Below, in pieces: positions 59,628 to 64,000 of a DNA stretch of 64,000 nt (positions within the stretch are counted from its first letter, which is position 1; every line of letters starts with the position of its first letter). The DNA is taken from the NCBI RefSeq assembly GCF_009914755.1, contig NC_060926.1; one strand, written 5' to 3'. This DNA is from the human T2T-CHM13v2.0 reference genome, Homo sapiens. Below the pieces are notes generated by a model. It was not told where the DNA came from and did no database searches. It saw only the letters and a program-made list of their open reading frames with translations. Made by a program: the position numbers and the translations under genes.

Positions 59628-60334
59628 AAAAAACAATTTTTGCTTTAAGCCTGACAGATCTTTGGTTTTTCAACAACTAAATATTGTAAGAACTCAGTTG
59701 AGGCTTTCAGGTGTTTGAACTCAGCTCTTTAGACTCTTTGCCCTCACAACTTTAGAATATGGTAAATGTTGTAAGGGGAACAACAGTCATGCATTTCTTG
59801 CAGTTAAACTTTCTCAAGGGAAATTCATTTCATTAGTACTCTTGCAAATAATTTTACTGTTTTTCTGACTCAGCCCCTTTATTGGGGTTGGCCCTTCTGA
59901 CTTTTGACTGAGAGTCTAGTGAGTCTTTAATTCCTTACCTTTAAAAGTTCTCTCCCTCAAGCATTAGTTATTAAGCCCCCTGCCTTAAGCAGGTACAACA
60001 TTTGGCAAATGTTTTAAGGAGGAGAGCTGATGTGTGTTTGTCCCAGGCCTCTCCATCTAGTGGGACTTGGTTTCTTATAGTGCCATGAGTATGAATGAGA
60101 TTTCAGTCTATTACTCTGACTCAGCCCCCAGCCTCCCATACCACCAAAAAAAGGGAAATTGACCTTTTTTTTCTTTTCTCATAATTGTCCTTTTCAATTA
60201 GTGAATGGTAGACATACGGTAGAGACTCAAAAGTTCTACTTTTGTGATATATTCTAGATATTACTCTAATACAATATGACATTATTCTCTTTTCTTGAAA
60301 CTTTATTTTCAAGTGATTTTTTGAAAGTTTTAGT

Positions 60335-60637
60335 CTTTTTTTTTTTTTTTTTCTTATAGAGACAAGGTGTTGCTCTGTTACCCAGGCTCTGGAGTACAGT
60401 GGTGCAGTCACGGCTCACTGCTGCCTCGAACTCTTGGTCTCAAGCAGTCCTCCTGCCTCAGCCTCCTCAGTTGCTGGGACTATAGGCGCATGCCACTGTG
60501 CCTATTTTTTTTATGTTTTGTAGAGACGATCTTGCTGCATTGCCCAGGGTGACCTCTAACTCCTTGGCTCAAGTGATCCTCCTGCCTCAGCCTCCCAAAG
60601 AACTGGGATCACAGATGTGAGGCACTGTGCCAGGCCT
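60335..60637 (-). mobile_element. AluJ element
   Basis: T tail and J-type motifs ctcaagcagtcctcctgcc and ctcaagtgatcctcctgcc. Confidence 0.88.
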
Positions 60638-60723
60638 TATTTTCAAGTAATTTTAGAGTTACAAAAAAGAAACACGTATAGTAGAGTTCCTTATACCACT
60701 CTTCTAGCTTCTCCTGTTGTTAA

Positions 60724-61046
<323 letters not shown>

Positions 61047-62118
61047 TATTTTTTATTTTTAAACTTTTAGGTTCAGGGGGTACATGTTCCAATTTGTTCT
61101 ATAGGTAAACTTGTGTCATGGGGGTTTGTTTTACAGATTATGTCATCACCCAGGTACTAAGCGTGGTACCCAGTAGTTTTTTTTTTTTTTCTGTTTGTCT
61201 CCCCTGTCCCTCCACCCTCAAGTAGGCCCCAGTGTCTGTTGTTCCCCTCTTTGTGTCCATGAGTTCTCATCATTTAGCTCCCACTTATAAATGTGAGGAT
61301 GCAGTATTTGGTTTTCTGTTCCTGCATTAGTTTGCTAAGGATAATGACCTCCAGCTCCATCCATGTTCTGCAAAAGACATGATCTTGTTCTTTTATATGG
61401 CTGCATAGTATTCTATGGTGTAAGTGTACCACATTTTCTTTATCCAGTCTGTCATTTATGGGGCATTTAGGTTGATTCATGTCTTTGTTATTGTGAATAG
61501 TACTATAATGAACATTTGTGTGCACGTGTCTTTATGGTAGAATGACATATATTTCTTTGGGTATGTACACAGCAATGGATTGCTGAGTCAAATGGTGCAT
61601 CTGGTTTTAGCTCTATGAGGAATTGCCACACTGCTTTCTACAATGGTTGAACTAATTTACACTCCCACAAACAGTGTATAACCACTCCCTTTTCTCTGCA
61701 ACCTTGACAGCATCTGTTATATTTTGACTTTTTTATAACAGCCATTCTGATTGATGTGAAATGGTATCTCATTGTGGTTTTGATTTGCATTTATGTAATC
61801 AGTGATATTGAGCTTTTTTCATATGCGTGGTGGCTGCATATATATCTTCTTTTAAAAAGTGTCTGTCATGTCCTTTGCCCACTAAGTTCCTTGTAAATGC
61901 TGGATACTAGACCTTTATCAGATGCATAGTTTGCAAATATTTTCTTCCATTCTATAGGTTGTCTGTTTGCTCTGTTGATAATTTTTCTTTTGCTGTGCAG
62001 AAGCTCTTATGTTTAATTAGATCCCACTTGTCAGTTTTTGCTTTCGTTGCAATTGCTTTTGGTGTCTTCGTCGTGAAATTGCCTGTTTCTGTGTCTGGAA
62101 TGGTATTGTCTAGGTTGC
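61047..62118 (-). mobile_element. 5'-truncated older L1PA (PA13-16-like) 3' end
   Basis: 3'UTR and ORF2 C-terminus (WMELEVIILSKLMQEQKTKY). Confidence 0.85.
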
Positions 62119-62863
62119 ATATGTGGTATCCACATCATCACTGGTGATGTTAACTGATCACTTGGATAAGGCAGTGCTTGCTAGGTGTCTCCAAGATGGA
62201 AATAAGTTACTATTTCTTCCTTCTTATACTCTGTTTTTTGAAATCCAGTCACTTAGTTCAGTGCATACACAAAGGAGGAGGGGAAGGTTAAGCTTAACCT
62301 TCTTTGGTGGGAGGTATTCACATCTGTTATCTGGACTTCTTCTTAAAGCAAAATTTGCTTCTTCTTTCCAATTATTTATGTGTTCAATTATTTACTTGCT
62401 CCACTCTGTTTTAATATTAATTCCCTATGATCTCAAGATATAACTGCAACCTTGAAAACTCCTAGTTCTCCCAGAACTCCTTGACAGAATGCTCTGTTTC
62501 TTGTTTATCTTTGTACACTGTGTGTATTTAGCACAGTCCCCTAATTTATGGTGGACATCTAGTAATTTAAAAAAATGTATTTTCAATTCAGCTGAAAAAT
62601 AGCATTTCCTCAACTAAATTATATAATTTAACATTCTAAATTAAAAGTAGGTTTTAAGATAAAAGTAAACATGTGTGATAACATTGTATCAAACAAAATA
62701 AAGGGTACTGCTGAAATTTTACCTTAATAACGTTTGACATTGATGTGTCCACAATATATTCCTATAGCTACTTAAATATTCCTTGAAACCACTTTTGGAA
62801 AGAGATTTCAGTCTCTAATGGCCAAGGATATAATCTGCTGTATTCTTTCTCTTTTTTGGTCAG

Positions 62864-63105
62864 ATTACCAGAGAAGATGAAGACCCCACTTTCTGCTTTC
62901 TCTGAAAAATTGTCATCTGATGCAGTCACTCAGATAACAACAGAAAGTCCAGAAAAGACCCTATTTTCATCTGAGATTTTTATTAATGCTGAAGATCGTG
63001 GACATGAAATTATAGAGCCTGGTAACCAGAAGCTACGCAAAGCTCCTGTCAAGTTTGCCTCATCATCTTCAGTCCAACAGGTTACTTTTTCTCGCGGCAC
63101 AGATG
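62864..63105 (+). CDS. ALMS1: ALMS1 coding exon 11 (242 bp; starts in phase 2, ends in phase 1)
   Basis: Polypyrimidine tract and cAG acceptor ending at 62863; CG+A gives Arg, then LPEKMKTPLSAFSEKLSSD...FSRGTD, in frame with exon 10. Donor G|gtaaga starts at 63106. Confidence 0.95.
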
Positions 63106-63554
63106 GTAAGAGAATGTGATTGCATTTTAGATTGTTAGACCAGCTCTTTTGTGTAGTTATCTTAGAAATTTGTGGTTGTGTCTTTCTAGTCAGAAAACCT
63201 AATTTTAATTTAAGAATTAGGGTCCATATGATTATATCTGTCTTTTATTTGCATAGCTGTCAACAGAATATGATTTATTATATTTTATCTTAATTTCAAG
63301 CACAGTTAACATGTAGAACTCATGCTGTTTGTGTTAAAACTTAGTTTTGTCTCATCATATTTGCAATAAAAATGCAAGTAGTTCATAACAACTTGAAAGT
63401 AATTGAGGTCTGCTTTTAAAATGGCGGATAAATTATCTTGTATTACAGTAACAGTAATGTTATTACTATATAGTGCGTATATAGGGAGAGTATGTATATA
63501 CTAAATACTATAACAAATAGATGCATAAACATGTGATAGTGCAAACACAATAGC

Positions 63555-63828
63555 AGTTTATCTCTTACTTATAAAGCAATCACCAGAGACCCAGGTTGTC
63601 TTCTTGCTCTGTTTTCTTTAAAATATATAACCCAAGGTTATGTTGGATTTACCTTCATGGTCAACAGGAAGGAACAAAAAGCATTGAGGAGCACATATAG
63701 GAGATGTTTACAGGTCAGGTCTGGAAGTAACCCAAATCACTTTCCACTGGCCAGGAATGTAGTTTAGCTGTGTTTTCCAAAATGAAGAAGAAATGGATTT
63801 TGGTGAATAGGTAGCAGTCTCTACCATA
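63555..63828 (-). mobile_element. Old MaLR LTR relic (MLT1J-like)
   Basis: Motifs similar to 32003-32478; ends ggattttggtgaataggtagcagtctctacca. Confidence 0.45.
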
Positions 63829-64000
63829 AGGTGAACATTTAGAGTGTTTTATATGCTATAGTTTCAGTGATATTTTGATAGTACTTTTACCATGTAACAT
63901 TTAGAATTAGACCAAATTGTAAATTATTTTCTTTTTTTGAGTAAGTAGCAGGAAAATTAACAATTAAGTTTCCATTCTTCCCCAAATGAAGATGGAGACT

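Overview
Primate, most likely human, genomic DNA inside the Alstrom syndrome gene ALMS1 (+ strand). The window holds two coding exons: a 1865-bp exon at 32723-34587 (exon 10 in the usual numbering) and a 242-bp exon at 62864-63105 (exon 11). Both have canonical AG/GT boundaries and join in frame (CG|A = Arg). Nearly everything else is transposon-derived intron: three full-length L1s with target-site duplications (an L1PA4/old-L1PA3-type copy on +, an L1PA2-type copy on -, an L1PA7-type copy on -), truncated L1s, about 11 Alu elements, a MER52A-type solo LTR, MaLR LTRs, Tigger/MER20 DNA transposons, L2/MIR and microsatellites. The most notable observations are: (1) the two inverted full-length L1s belong to different subfamilies yet share ~380-bp and ~490-bp identical tracts with private inactivating mutations, which points to patchwork gene conversion; (2) the antisense L1PA2 keeps an intact 71-aa ORF0 pointing into ALMS1, and its second splice donor is in frame with exon 11; (3) exon 10 contains a 3x42-aa tandem repeat; (4) intron 10 carries several templated-insertion or complex repair scars and a degenerate ~58-bp tandem array. 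Repeat subfamily names and consensus comparisons come from recalled sequences, not a RepeatMasker run, and alignments were done by eye.
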